From the NCBI GenBank assembly GCA_951406725.2, contig OX597823.1, positions 106,020,001 to 106,084,000 on the forward strand: a stretch of 64,000 bases of DNA, given 5' to 3'. Each line of letters opens with the position of its first letter. Within the stretch, counting starts at the first letter, position 1. Under the pieces are notes generated by a model, which did no database searches, had not been told where the DNA came from, and saw only the letters and a program-made list of their open reading frames with translations. The DNA is from Octopus vulgaris (Eukaryota). The position numbers were made by a program, and so were the translations under genes. This document shows positions 27,816-41,356 of the stretch, piece by piece.

Positions 27816-28050
27816 ATACTAATACATACACCAACTAATACATACTAATACGTACTAATACATACTAATACATACTAATACATACACCAACCCTATACAT
27901 ACACACGTCCAGACCCCTCATACGCACTTATACTCTCTCATACACACACACACACACTTATACATACTAATACGTACTAATACATACTAATACATACACC
28001 AACCCCATACATACGCACGTCCAGACCAATCCTACGCACTAATACTCTCT

Positions 28051-28085
<35 letters not shown>

Positions 28086-28150
28086 ATACATACTAATACA
28101 TACACCAACCCTATACATACACACGTCCAGACCCCTCCTACGCACTATAA
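27816..28150 (+). repeat. Tandem 3'UTR repeat: about 3 units of 120-130 bp built on tactaataca decamers; last unit begins the 3' pLTR
   Basis: catacaccaaccc.atacatac.cacgtccagacc recurs at about 27881, 27992 and 28098. Confidence 0.9.
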
Positions 28151-28464
28151 GCTGGTCCTTCAACCCTATTATCAACCCTATTATCAACCCTATTATCTCC
28201 CCTTATTTCGCTCTCGCGTCTCATGTTTGATCTTTGACCTCTGGCCGAAATCAGATCGCCATGTTGATTCGTTAGCTACTGCACGCATTTTTTTTCTCTC
28301 CTTCTTTCTGTGTTTTTTCTCTCTGTGTATCTTTCTGTTGAAGAGCGTAGGCTCGAAACGTTAAAGACTTGTTTTATTTATATTTCCTGTGCGCCATACT
28401 AATACAATTGTTCGTTTGTTTTCCACCTGCCTTCGTCTTTTGTCTATTTTCATAAAGCTTCCCG

Positions 28465-28471
<7 letters not shown>
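28085..28471 (+). repeat. 3' pseudo-LTR of the Penelope-like element
   Basis: Direct repeat of 23613-23999, running into (TA)n(GA)n. Confidence 0.95.
28330..28367 (+). ncRNA. Minimal type I hammerhead ribozyme variant in the 3' pLTR
   Basis: Identical to 23858-23895. Confidence 0.75.
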
Positions 28472-28536
<65 letters not shown>

Positions 28537-28567
28537 CGAGAGAGAGAGAGAGAGAAAGAAGAGAGAT

Positions 28568-28678
<111 letters not shown>

Positions 28679-31069
28679 TATCATTTATTATTATTATTTA
28701 ATTGAACGGTACGCATTCATTTCCAACTAAGTTTACCTCCACCTTGTTGATGCGTCTCTATACTGCTTTCTTCCTCCATCCTTCTCTAATCCCCTTTTCC
28801 TCCCCTCCCTCTTTCACCGTCTTCTGTCTGTCTGTCCACCCGCCTCTTTCTCTTTTTCTCTTTCTGTTGCTCACACTTGACCATAGTCCATCTTTCCTTT
28901 CCTCACTTGACCATCTTTCTTTTCCTGCACGGACGTTCAAAGGACTAGACGCTTTTTCTCTCCAATCTTTTCTTTTTTCAAAGAGAATATTTCTCCCAGC
29001 CTTCACAATTTTCCTTTAGTTCTAGTCTAACGACCCTCTATGTTTGTTTCCGTTCGTTTTCCTTGCATGTCTCCCACTGTCCTGTTTTGTTTCCGATTTT
29101 GACCCTCCATAAATACTAAATTTTATTTTAGAATTTATGGGAGCAACTGTGTTTGAATAGTCATATTGTTGTTGAATGCTCGAAACGAAGAGTAGGTAGA
29201 CAGCCGACAACTTTGTGTTTACTTGTCCTGTTTTCCAGTTTTTACTCTCGTTGTTTACGTATTTAACAGGTTTGTCTACATATTTCATGTTGTTTACACA
29301 GTTGGTGACGTCCTGTACCCATATATATATATATATCATCATCAATTAACACCTGTCTTCCATGCTGGCATACATCGGACAGGTTCAATAGAATCTGACA
29401 AATTTATGGCTGAGAGTTAAGCTTCATTGTCTGCTTTAATATGTTTTCCATCACTGGATGCCCTTCGTAGCTCAAACCATTTTAATGTTCGAGTTGAATG
29501 CTTTTTACGTGGCACCGATACAATTGAGTTCACCCAGCCATTCACAAAGAAGGAATGGCTTATACTAGATATGGATAGGCTGAAGTATGATAGAGTGACA
29601 GGAACATGTGTCTCGCTGAAGGGAGGTACATAGCTACACTAGTTGCAAAAAAAGGAATAAAGTTGATATCTTCGAGGTGACAGGGCGAACTCTAATTCTA
29701 TAAGATGAATATGAGAACAGGGAGACAGGAAGAGGAGTCGTGGTTAAAATCGTGAGAATGTGAAGAGAATGATAGATGGAACTGTATGTGTGTTTGTATG
29801 TATGCATGTTATATCAGACCACATTTTTTGCTACTGGTAACATAACTCAGTACATGTCTGAGGGTCGGGCTGTCGGCAACTAAACTGGCTACCGCAACAA
29901 GCCTGTTTGGTACCAAGGCTTGTTTTCCTTGGATACCATGTAGGACGATAAACGAAACTTCTCAAAGGAAGGATGAAGTCAAGAGAATCAATGGTCATCC
30001 AACAGCTGGGAATGAGAGACCCTTAGTCTTTGTTTAGACATCTTTCGAGGAGACAGAAATCTCCGATGTAACATCTGCAACATCATTTGCATCGAATGAT
30101 GTAGATTAGTTCTTCATTTGAGTAAACTCATAGGTTGTTTATAGAGCGTGACTGACCATGCGCAATACATTTCCTCACTTTAAAAAGCTTTAAACACTTT
30201 CATATCTATTCATATCACTATCATGTTACCTACCAAAGCTGGCCATCACCAAAATAAAGCAAAACTTTCAGTGAAAAACTCCATGATGGAATGAAATTTT
30301 TTTTTGTCAGCATTGGAGACAACTTCTCTAAGGAACTGGTGCCCATCATTACAATATCTGTGGAAAATTATTTAGTTCTTTTGCAGGACTATAAAGGCAC
30401 ATCCGTGCTGCTCGTGTTTAAGAGAAGTCACGTGATGGCACTGCTCGTAATCGAGTTACAGCCATCAAGTATATATGTATTGCTATGTATATCTATAATC
30501 GGTGCTAATAAGGAGAAAATATAATGAAGGAAGAGAACTTACAATGTTTTCTGAATGAGGAGAGAGAAGCGTTTGTGATGGGAGATATATAATGCTTTTT
30601 TTGGCAGAGTTGAAATGACGTAGGTATGAATATATATACATACAGGAAGTGAGCAATCTCGTTTACTTCCTGTTATAAAGAGGAAAGAAAAATCGAACGG
30701 GGGAGAGTTCAGAATACAGCAACGGCATTGCGTGGATAGTACAAAATACTAGAGAGAGAGAGCTGCACACAGATCGAACGGTTTACCACCTACCTTTGAA
30801 TAAGCGAGGACTGGACACGAAATTCTTTGGGTATTATACCTTTTGTAACATAATTTCATCTTTGACTATTAATTCATTGATTGTACAGTTTCTGTTGTTG
30901 CTTTCAGAAGTTCCCCCCTTTTATACATAAGAATTTGCCTGGCCGTAACAGTATGTATACATTTATGTATACATGCATATATGTAACAGACAAATGCACA
31001 CATACGAAGTTGAATCAAGATTTTATTTTTCGTATTTCAAGTTTTAATCAATCATTCAAACAACTTACT

Positions 31070-31790
31070 TTAAGCATCGAGCTATATCCCGTCACACTCT
31101 GTTGTCTGTTGCCATCGTTGTGTCAGAAGTTCGATTCAACGCTTATACCATTTGTTGGTTTAGAAGCAGAAAACTCACCCCCTGCCTCCGTTTTCAGCCT
31201 CATCCACATTTTGAAACTCCGTGCGTGCAGGAAATAAGTGATGACTCAGAAAATGGAGTAATCTGATGGTGCAAAGTATGAACTGTAGGCAGGGTGAGGC
31301 AGAATTTCCAGCCCCTACAGTTCCTTAAGTTTGCACTTGATCACTTTGGCGGTTTGTGTTGGAGCACTATCATCGTGCAGAGTGCTCGTCTTCGAATGTC
31401 GTTTGGTGGGCTTTCAAATCATCATATACTCAGTGCAGTTGTTGATCATAAACGTTAGTGTTCACAGCATGACAATCTTGAACAAGCTCAAAATGCTACA
31501 TCCGTCAAAATTCAATCAAACACACAACCTGACCTTCTGTTCAAACCGACCTTGTTTGACAACAGGTTCTGTAGCCTGACTTGAAGAAAGCCACTGATTC
31601 CTTTATCAGGATTACGAAAATAGGTACATTTTTCAATACCCAGATACAATTCGGCGCGAAAAATTGGCATTTCAAGGGTTTATCCAGACTATCACAAATG
31701 CTGAATTTAATCGAATTTAATCGAAGTGAACCTCTTGCTTTCGTCCTTGAAATTGCTACCTTTAACATTATACGAATATCTAAGCCTGAT
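31070..31790 (-). mobile_element. Decayed mariner (Tc1/mariner) transposase remnant
   Basis: Minus translation includes HDDSAPTQTAKV, LEILPHPAYSSYFAPSDYSIF (cf. HPPYSPDLAPSDY) and IELLTQRWQQTTECDG; multiple stops and frameshifts. Confidence 0.85.
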
Positions 31791-31849
31791 CTCATCAACG
31801 CTGATTCCATGTGTTTTATTTAGGATTAAAAACAACCAGTTAGCTAAGC

Positions 31850-31914
<65 letters not shown>

Positions 31915-33189
31915 TAACAATAATAATAATAATAACAACAACAACAACAATAATAGTAACAACTAACAGTAAATGTCTAATAGTAAATGTTTTAATCTTT
32001 TCCGAAATCTAAATAGCAGGTTTAATATACGATTGTTTAAGATAAGGGGTGACGGACCAAAGAACTCTAATACTGAACTAGCAAGCAAAATTTATACCTT
32101 TTAAATCATAGCAAAAATTCATTAGAGAAAAAATATGAGAAAATTATAATTAAATATATCGAAATTCAGTGTAAAACTAGAATATTTTTGCACACACATA
32201 CAGACAAAAATGCACTTACACACATGCATTCACAACTAGATGCACATTTATTACACACAGCCTAATACGTATACAGCGCTACATTGTTCTACGTTCAATA
32301 TTAACACCTTGATATAATTATTTTAGCTTAGTACCTCGGCTGATTTTTAATGCCTTCACAAACGAATGGCGCTATTTCAATCAAATTATAGAATTAATAA
32401 TTTCCATGCATATAAATGCTTTTAAAATTAACTGATGTTTTAAATTATGTCACTTTTCAAATTGTGTAATGATATGAAAGGCATGAATCAATATTTTACA
32501 TTATTATACACTTAGAAAACCGTACACACACACACACACATACACACACACACATGCACATATATCTCATATACATATGTGCATATGTATGTATGTGTGT
32601 GTGTATGTGCGTGCGTGTCTACGTGTGTTTGTATGTGTGTTTCTGTGCGTACGTAAATATATGTGCATGTACATATATGCATGTATGTCTGCGTACACAC
32701 ATACACACGCACATACACACACACATACACACACGCACTCTCTCTGTCTCTCTCAGTCTCTCACACTCTGACTCTCTCTCTACCTCTCTCCCCCCACTCT
32801 CTCTCTTACACTTTGAAAACCAAATACTAATACATACATACATACAAATATACATGAAAAACATTAAAGTAACCAGAATTATATTGAATGATTTAATTCC
32901 TACCTAGGGAAAAGGTGACATCGTGACGTTGATACATTTACCAAATAAATTAGCACCTTAAATAAAGTGAATAGGCTATTAAAAGGAATCGAAAACAGAT
33001 ACGAGCTTAAATTTACCGATACATAATGTATAAAATTTAACATCTCATTCTTTAGTTTATTGACTTCAGACTAACGTTCGACATGGTTCTTCAAAAGTCT
33101 CTGTCGAGCATCTAAAACGCACAGGAACTCTGAATATTACCTCTCAATATTTAGAAGTATTTATTTTAAGTCTAGTTGCAGTATGAAGA

Positions 33190-33720
33190 GAGAAAACAAA
33201 CACATTAGATACTTTTATGTCAGTGATAGAGTTCACGGGAGATGTATCCTGTCACCATTCCACATTCTACTAATCGTGGATGTCACAAAAATTGCATTTG
33301 GAAGCAAGAAATACGAAATCCATAAACAAGTTCAGAAACAGTTGGCCAGCCTGGATTTTCTCTCATAATGGTCCAATGTTGGTAGAATCTAAAGATGGCA
33401 GAAAAGAGACGTCTCGACACGTGGAGGAAGTGGGGAAGAAAACCAGACTGGAAATAAACGCAGAGAAGAGGAAAATTGTAGACATTGGCTAAGGAACACG
33501 ACCTTTGTGGTTGAATCAGGCTGTTGATGACATGAGCCGTTTCGCGCTTTTTCGCATTAATGTGTGCAATGATGGAGATACCGAAACCGATGTAAAATGC
33601 AGAATCAGGAACAAACAGCTTTAATTAAGTGAACGTAAATATATTTAATCTATGACCATCCTGGACACTAGCAATACTATCGCAACGCTATCACACTACA
33701 AACGAATTCTTTAAAACAGG
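33190..33720 (+). mobile_element. Decayed RTE-clade reverse transcriptase fragment
   Basis: VHGRCILSPFHILLIVD (cf. GVRQGCILSP.LF), LASLDF (cf. L.DLDFADD), LEINAEKRKIV (cf. GL.IN..KTK), NDGDTETDVKCRI. Confidence 0.7.
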
Positions 33721-33961
33721 CGAAAATTGGGAGAAAACTATGAAAATCATCACAATGTTGCATTTTACAATTCGATACTGTATCAAACCCCGGTTTCATT
33801 GAAAACCATATCAAGGCACTCATTTTAGGCGCTTTCTAAATAATAGCACCTATTTGTACCAACAGGAGAGCTTCTAAGTGATCGATCGACCATCAAAGAT
33901 TAATAGCCAAATATCTCTCAAATCACATTCTACTGTTTTAAAAGTGATTTATTGATTATGT

Positions 33962-34447
33962 CTTCTTAAGCCCTTCGTACCTTCTGGAACAAAGGCGGTC
34001 CAAGACTTTTCTCCAATGTTCTCGATTCTGCGCTCTCTTTTCTGCTCCTCTCACGTCTTGGTTTTGAACTGTCATCGACGCTTCTGTAGCTTTGTTGGTT
34101 TTCTATGTAGGTCTATTAACCCTAAGCAAATCCAATTTTATCCCTGGGAAGAGGTGGCCTATATTAGTTTGGACTCTGTCCTTTGCTCTATCCACCGTGG
34201 GTACTCCTACTTGGGACTTGAACTTCGCTGGTGAAACTCTTAGGGATATTGAGGCTCATAAGCCACCATATAACAAAAGCTGAACCCTACGCAAATCCAT
34301 TTTTACCCCTGAGAAGAGGTGGCCTATATTAGTTTGGCCTCTATCCTTTGATCTGTCCACCATAGGTGGTCATACCTTGGACTTGAGCTTCTTTAGCATA
34401 CCTCTAATGATATTGAGGTTCATAAACCACCACACAACAAAAGCTGG
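33962..34447 (-). mobile_element. Internally deleted RTE-derived element: two tandem 5'UTR-like units of about 165 bp joined to an RTE 3' end
   Basis: Direct repeat 34118-34282 / 34283-34447; minus tail encodes AEKRAQNREHWRKVLDRLCSRRYEGL. Confidence 0.6.
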
Positions 34448-35019
34448 ATTTTGAACTGGTTAATTGGAAAAGTAGTGTGTAAAAAAAAAAGACAATACAT
34501 GGACATATTGTCTTCGATCACTGAGTTTACTCCAGTAGGAATTGCCTGGGGCTGTATAACAGTAACAACAGCAACATCAACAGCAATAATATCTAATAAT
34601 TTCCTTTAGGCTCTAAGATACGTTGAAAACAATGGGTGTTAGGGTTCTTAATGGGATTAAATTCATCACATTAACGGATTACAAGGCATGATACCAGTTT
34701 CATATAAAAATCGAAACCGCCACGCCACTCATCATATTTCATGTTCTCGCATTATAATAATTATATCTCAAGTATTTATCTCCTCACCTGAACTGATTTA
34801 AGGGTTGAAATATAAAGCTTGACGAAAGAAATTGTCATATAGCCATTCTTGCCATTTCTACTGTAATTCATCCACAAGCGGATTATTAGCTACAAAGTAA
34901 CATACATATCTTAAATATATATATTTACTTATATATATGTGTGTGTATGTGAGTGTGTATTTATTGTATATATATATATATTATATTATAATATATATAT
35001 GTATTTACTTTATATATAC

Positions 35020-35095
<76 letters not shown>

Positions 35096-35642
35096 GTATA
35101 TATATATGTGCGTGTGTGTGTATGCATCTGCATATGTATGCCTGAATCTATACATGTATACGTTTACATATACGTACATACACACACACACACACACACT
35201 CACACACACACACACATACACATGTATGTGTGTGTATGTATAAGTATACATGCGTGTGGATGAGGGTGTAGAGTGAGATAGAAAGAAATGGGGCAGAAAA
35301 GAGTGTGGGGGTGGGTGATTGCTACGATTACTATTATTAATATGTTAATCCGGTCCGAATCCTTGACTTGTCTAATATCTTCTGTAATTTTCATCCCAAT
35401 ATCCACCAACTTAAGTAATTCCGCTAGACCTAAACTAGAGCTTTGAGTAGAATCTCTACTCTATCTTAATCGGTGTAAATCGCCACGGAATATTGAAGTG
35501 ACGTAGCTTCAAATCCTGCTGCGTAGAAATGTGCTAATATGGAATTGGGACAAATGAGTGGCTGTGGAAATATGCTTTCGAAATGGTGATTCGTGAGTTC
35601 GTACACAACGAATAAAGTGGTTTTGCTCATACCGAATTCAAC

Positions 35643-36036
35643 TATACATACATACATACATACATACATACATACATACATACATACATACATACATGCA
35701 TACATGCATACATACATACATACATACATACATACATACATACGTACATGCATGCATTCATGCATACATACATACATACGTACATGCATGCATGCATTCA
35801 TGCATACATACATACATACATACGTACATGCATGCCATCATTCATGCATACATACATACATACATACATACATACATACATACATACATACATACATACA
35901 TACATACATACATGCATGCATACATACATACATATATACATACATACATACGTACATGCATGCATGCATTCATGCATACATACATACATGCATACATACA
36001 TACATACATATATACATACATACATGCATACATACA

Positions 36037-36130
<94 letters not shown>

Positions 36131-36144
36131 CATACATACATACA

Positions 36145-36206
<62 letters not shown>

Positions 36207-36228
36207 CATACATACATACATACATACA

Positions 36229-36262
<34 letters not shown>

Positions 36263-36456
36263 CATACATACATACATACATACATACATACATACATACA
36301 TACATACATACGTACATGCATGCATGCATTCATGCATACATACATACATACCTACATACATACATACATACATATATACATACATACATGCATACATACG
36401 TACATACATACATGCATACATACATATATACATACATACATACATGCATACATGCA

Positions 36457-36490
<34 letters not shown>

Positions 36491-36796
36491 CATACATACA
36501 TACGTACATGCATGCATGCATTCATGCATACATACATACATACATACGTACATGCATGCCATCATTCATGCATACATACATACATACATACATACATACA
36601 TACATACATACATACATACATACATACATACATACATACATACATACATACATGCATGCATACATACATACATATATACATACATACTTACGTACATGCA
36701 TGTATGCATTCATGCATACATACATACATGCATACATACATACGTACATACATACATGCATACATACATACATACATACATACATACATACATGCA

Positions 36797-36830
<34 letters not shown>

Positions 36831-36930
36831 CATACATACATACATACATACATACATACATACATACGTACATGCATGCATGCATTCATGCATACATACA
36901 TACATACACACATACATACATACATACTTA
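35643..36930. repeat. About 1.3-kb (CATA)n array with a recurrent cgtacatgcatgcattcatg variant cassette
   Basis: Direct reading; the HTYI/MYVC ORFs are artefacts. Confidence 0.95.
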
Positions 36931-36999
36931 TATATGTATGTAAGTATGTATGTATCTATGTACTTATATATACGTGTGTTTGTGTGTGTAAGTGTACAT

Positions 37000-37145
37000 A
37001 CACAACAGGTTTCCATCTACCATATTCACTCACAAGGCTTTTGTAAGCCCGGGTTTATAGTGGGAGACACTTATTCACGGTGCCAGGCAGTGGATTGAAC
37101 CCAGTACCATGTGGTTGGGAATCAAGCTTCCTACCACACAGCCAC
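37000..37145 (-). mobile_element. SINE family A 5' half, diverged
   Basis: cactcacaaggcttt...gaacccagtaccatgtggttggg...accacacagccac. Confidence 0.75.
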
Positions 37146-37330
37146 AACAGATCAGCTACAAACTGTATTTGGGTGGCACTGATTTACTGCGTATAATTTA
37201 GTGCCATACACAAGTTCTTTTCCAAGATCTTCTCTTTCCTCTTCCTCTATCTATTATTTTTCTTCCATTTCATTACACTAGTAATTGATGACAATGTGTT
37301 CACACTACTTGTTGTGGTTGTTGTTGTTGC

Positions 37331-37426
<96 letters not shown>

Positions 37427-37518
37427 TACTACTACTACTACTACTATTATTATTATTATTATTATTTTTATTGTTATTATTATTATTATTATTATTAGCA
37501 GTTGTTGTTGTAGTAGTA

Positions 37519-37569
<51 letters not shown>

Positions 37570-37571
37570 AT

Positions 37572-37748
37572 AGACGCAGGAGTGGATGTGTAGTAAGTAG
37601 CTTGCTTACCAACCACATAGTTCCGTGTTCAGTCCCACTGCGTGGCACTTTGGGCAAGTGTCTTCTACTATAGCCTCGGGCCGACCAAAGCCTTGTGAGT
37701 GGATTTGGTAGATGGAAACTGAAAGGAAGCCCATTGTATATATTGTTA

Positions 37749-37833
<85 letters not shown>

Positions 37834-38043
37834 TGTGTCTGTGTTTGTCCCCTCAACATCGCTTGACAACCGATGCTGGTGTGTTTACGTCCGCGTAACT
37901 TAGCGGTTCGGCCCAAGAGACCGCTAGAATAAGTACTAGGCTTACAAAGAATAAGCCCTGGGGTCGATTTGCTTGACTAAAGGAGGTACTTCAGCGTGGC
38001 CGCAGTCAAATTACTGAAACAAGTAAAAGATAAAAGAGTAAAG
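37572..38043 (+). mobile_element. SINE family A, full length, with expanded internal (TA)n(TG)n
   Basis: Full head, body and gtaaaaga tail. Confidence 0.92.
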
Positions 38044-39087
38044 GTATTATTAAGCTGGAGAGCACGCTGTTAGCGAGGCGGTTAACACGTTGGACAAAAT
38101 GCTACGTTCTGAGTTCAAATTCCGCCCTGGTCGACTTTGCCATTCATCCATTCATCATTATCATCACCACTACCTCAATAATCAGCACCAGAATTCTCCT
38201 CCTCCTCCTCCTCCTCGACGTGGTGGTCGTCGTCATCAGCATCATCATCATCATCATCATTTAGTTAACTTTATTGTTTCTTTTCTCGTTGTTTTCCTTC
38301 TCCATTGCTTCTTTCTTTCCAATTTGTTTCCTTTCGCTTTTTCTTTTCTCATTCTGTATCTTTTTTTCTCTTTTCTTCCTTTCTCTCTCCTCATAAATGT
38401 ATGCGATTTTCAATTTTCTGTTTTTTCTTATTGCTTCGTTTTACTTTTCCTTTAATTTTCTTCCTTTCTTTCTTCCATTTCTTTCATTCTTTCTTTCATC
38501 TCGTTCTTTTCACTTCTTTTCTTCTACCTCTTCCCTTAATTACACTCCACCACTTCGCACCATTCACACCTCTGCATCAAATTCCTTTTACCTTTTCCTC
38601 ACCGTACCTTCTCATTACCACTACATCTTTTCCTAACCCCCCCCCACTCAGCCTTCACCTTCTTCCTACGGTCTCCCCACCCCCACCTCCACTTCCCAGT
38701 CACCTTTGGCCCGCTGTCTTCGCGTTCGTTCCACTAGTGTAACCCAACAGATCATCCGGGCAATTAGAACTCATTACAGCAGGAAACAAGCAAATGTGTC
38801 AGCGAAATTATTTGAAAGCTTGACAAGCTGGAAATATCCCGTGGAAAAGCGAAAGCAAACACGTCCATCTTGTTTCTGTATTGATTAACGGAGAAGATGA
38901 CAGGAGAGATGGAGGAGAGAGATAGACGGAGGACGGAAAGGATGTATGCATGTGTGTGTGTGTGTGTGTGTGTGAAAGAGAGAGAGCATATATATGTTTA
39001 AGAGTGATGCAGGAATGTACATAGAGACATATAGAAAGATGGAGGTATAGTATATATGTGTGAATGTATGTATATATATATTCATAG

Positions 39088-39175
<88 letters not shown>

Positions 39176-39310
39176 CATATGCATATACATATATATATGT
39201 GTGTGTGTGTGTATACATGCACAATTATCTGTATATACACATGGCAGGAGAGAAGGTGAAAAAGATGTATGAATGTATACATATACACACACACTCACAT
39301 ATATATGTGT

Positions 39311-39372
<62 letters not shown>

Positions 39373-39377
39373 ATATG

Positions 39378-39408
<31 letters not shown>

Positions 39409-39651
39409 GGGGAAACAGAGAGAGAAGGTGAAAGAAATACACACATATGTTTAGAATGAGACAGCGAGACTGGCTCAATTACTGGTACAAACTGGTCTTC
39501 TTGAGACATTACTGATCAAATTTGAAATGAATTCTCGACTTGTTAGAAGCAGCAGCTAAATTTCATTACCATTCCATCAACAGGATGGTCATGGTTAAAA
39601 GAGTCTCTCTCTCCTTCTATTTATGGCTCTCTCGCAGTAAATATGCATAAT

Positions 39652-39712
<61 letters not shown>

Positions 39713-39728
39713 CTGTGTGTGTGTACGT

Positions 39729-39779
<51 letters not shown>

Positions 39780-40260
39780 AATATATATATACATATATGT
39801 ATACATATAAATATATATGGAGAAGAGAGAGAGAGAGATACAGATAGACAGAGGGAGTATTAAAAGTGATATTTTCTATTTTCTGTTATTTATACACTTG
39901 CTATTCTTGTGTCAATATTTTTCTCATTATATATTGCATATTTTCAATTTTGTTTTTTCTTTTCCATTTTCTTTTCATTTTTCACTTTCTTTCTTTTCTT
40001 TTGAAATTTCAAAATTGGTTCCAATTTGTCTCCGAATGAAATATAAAAGAACATACAATAATAAATAAATAAATGGAACAAGAAAAATTCAACAACAATT
40101 AAAAGCTATAAAACAACAGAAACGTCAACAATATTACCATTAACAGCATCATCTACAGCAACAACAGCAACAACAATAATGTCTGCTTCAGCGTCATCTG
40201 TCAGAGGAACAGCATGACCCATAGCAACAAAAACAAGGTTTACAGTTAATACTTGTAAAT

Positions 40261-40318
<58 letters not shown>

Positions 40319-41356
40319 CACTGATACTGCATCAACAGCAATGACAATAACCACATCTAATCACAAAGTGTCCACCGATGTCACCAGTACAACTGCAATA
40401 GCAACAACAGTAAGAACAGCAATGGGTACAGAGGTAGCACCTACAAGAACAATCAAATAGCAACATAAATAGCAAAAACAACAATAACAACAACAACAAC
40501 AACAACAACAATAATAATAGTAACATCAGTAGCTGCAAATGTCTTCTATAATGAAAATAAAAAACTCAATGACAACAACAAAAATAACAAGAATACCAAC
40601 AGTAAAAACAAGAGGAATAGCAACAACAATGACAACAACAACAACAACGAACGCAACGTCCATAACGAAAGCAAAGAAAATAACAAAACAACATTAAGTT
40701 GATTTATCATGATCATGATCATCATCATCACCAACAACAGTAGCATAACAACTACATTAGGAAGAAGAAGGAGGAGGAGGGGAAGGGGAAGGGGAGGAGG
40801 AGGGGAAGAAGAATGTGGAGAAAAAGAAGAAAAAGAAGAAGAAGAAGAAGGAGAAGGAAGAGAAGAAGAAGAAGAAGAAGAAGAAGAAGGAACAATTTTA
40901 AAAGCAACACCAGTACCATTGACAGCAGTAACGACGATGACGATGACGACAACAACAACAACAACAACAAGAATAAGGTACTACAGCAATAATGACAACA
41001 ACAATGGCAAACAGCGTCATGCAGCAGACATCTCCAGCAAGTCACAGAATCAATAGAGAACAGTGTAAGGAAATAATACAATATTGAAATATGGCAGCGG
41101 GTCAATGTGTCCCCAAGTATTTCTTGCTGTTGTGTTATTAGATATTTGAGTAGGTGTAGCGGGTAGGATGGGCACCAGGATTGGGTGGGTATGTGCAATA
41201 AATAAACAATTAAACCATGTTTACTAATAAACAAACAAATACACCAGTATTTACAGTCAGACACTTTTTCGGTCGCGATTTTAACGATGTCTAATTAACT
41301 TTTGCTCAACTTTCTATGAAATCACGGGAAATTTGAAGATAAATAAATAAAATACT

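Larger units (their letters stand above)
23613..28471 (+). mobile_element. Near full-length Penelope-like element, Neptune type (pLTR - 5'UTR - RT/GIY-YIG ORF - repetitive 3'UTR - pLTR)
   Basis: PLE RT motifs, CxxPRCxTC linker, GIY-YIG domain, direct terminal repeats with hammerhead motifs; (TA)n arrays on both flanks. Confidence 0.95.

Noticed and set aside
27518-27822. Pro/Ser/Leu-rich C-terminal extension of the 584-aa PLE ORF
   Set aside because: Most likely read-through into the pyrimidine 3'UTR caused by one extra C before the natural stop at 27515-27517.
23613-28471. LTR retrotransposon or CRISPR-like array suggested by direct and tandem repeats
   Set aside because: No TG...CA ends, PBS, gag or integrase; RT and GIY-YIG are Penelope type; tandem units lack unique spacers and the context is eukaryotic.
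35593-37098. 501-aa HTYI-repeat ORF and overlapping ORFs
   Set aside because: Stop-free (CATA)n microsatellite.
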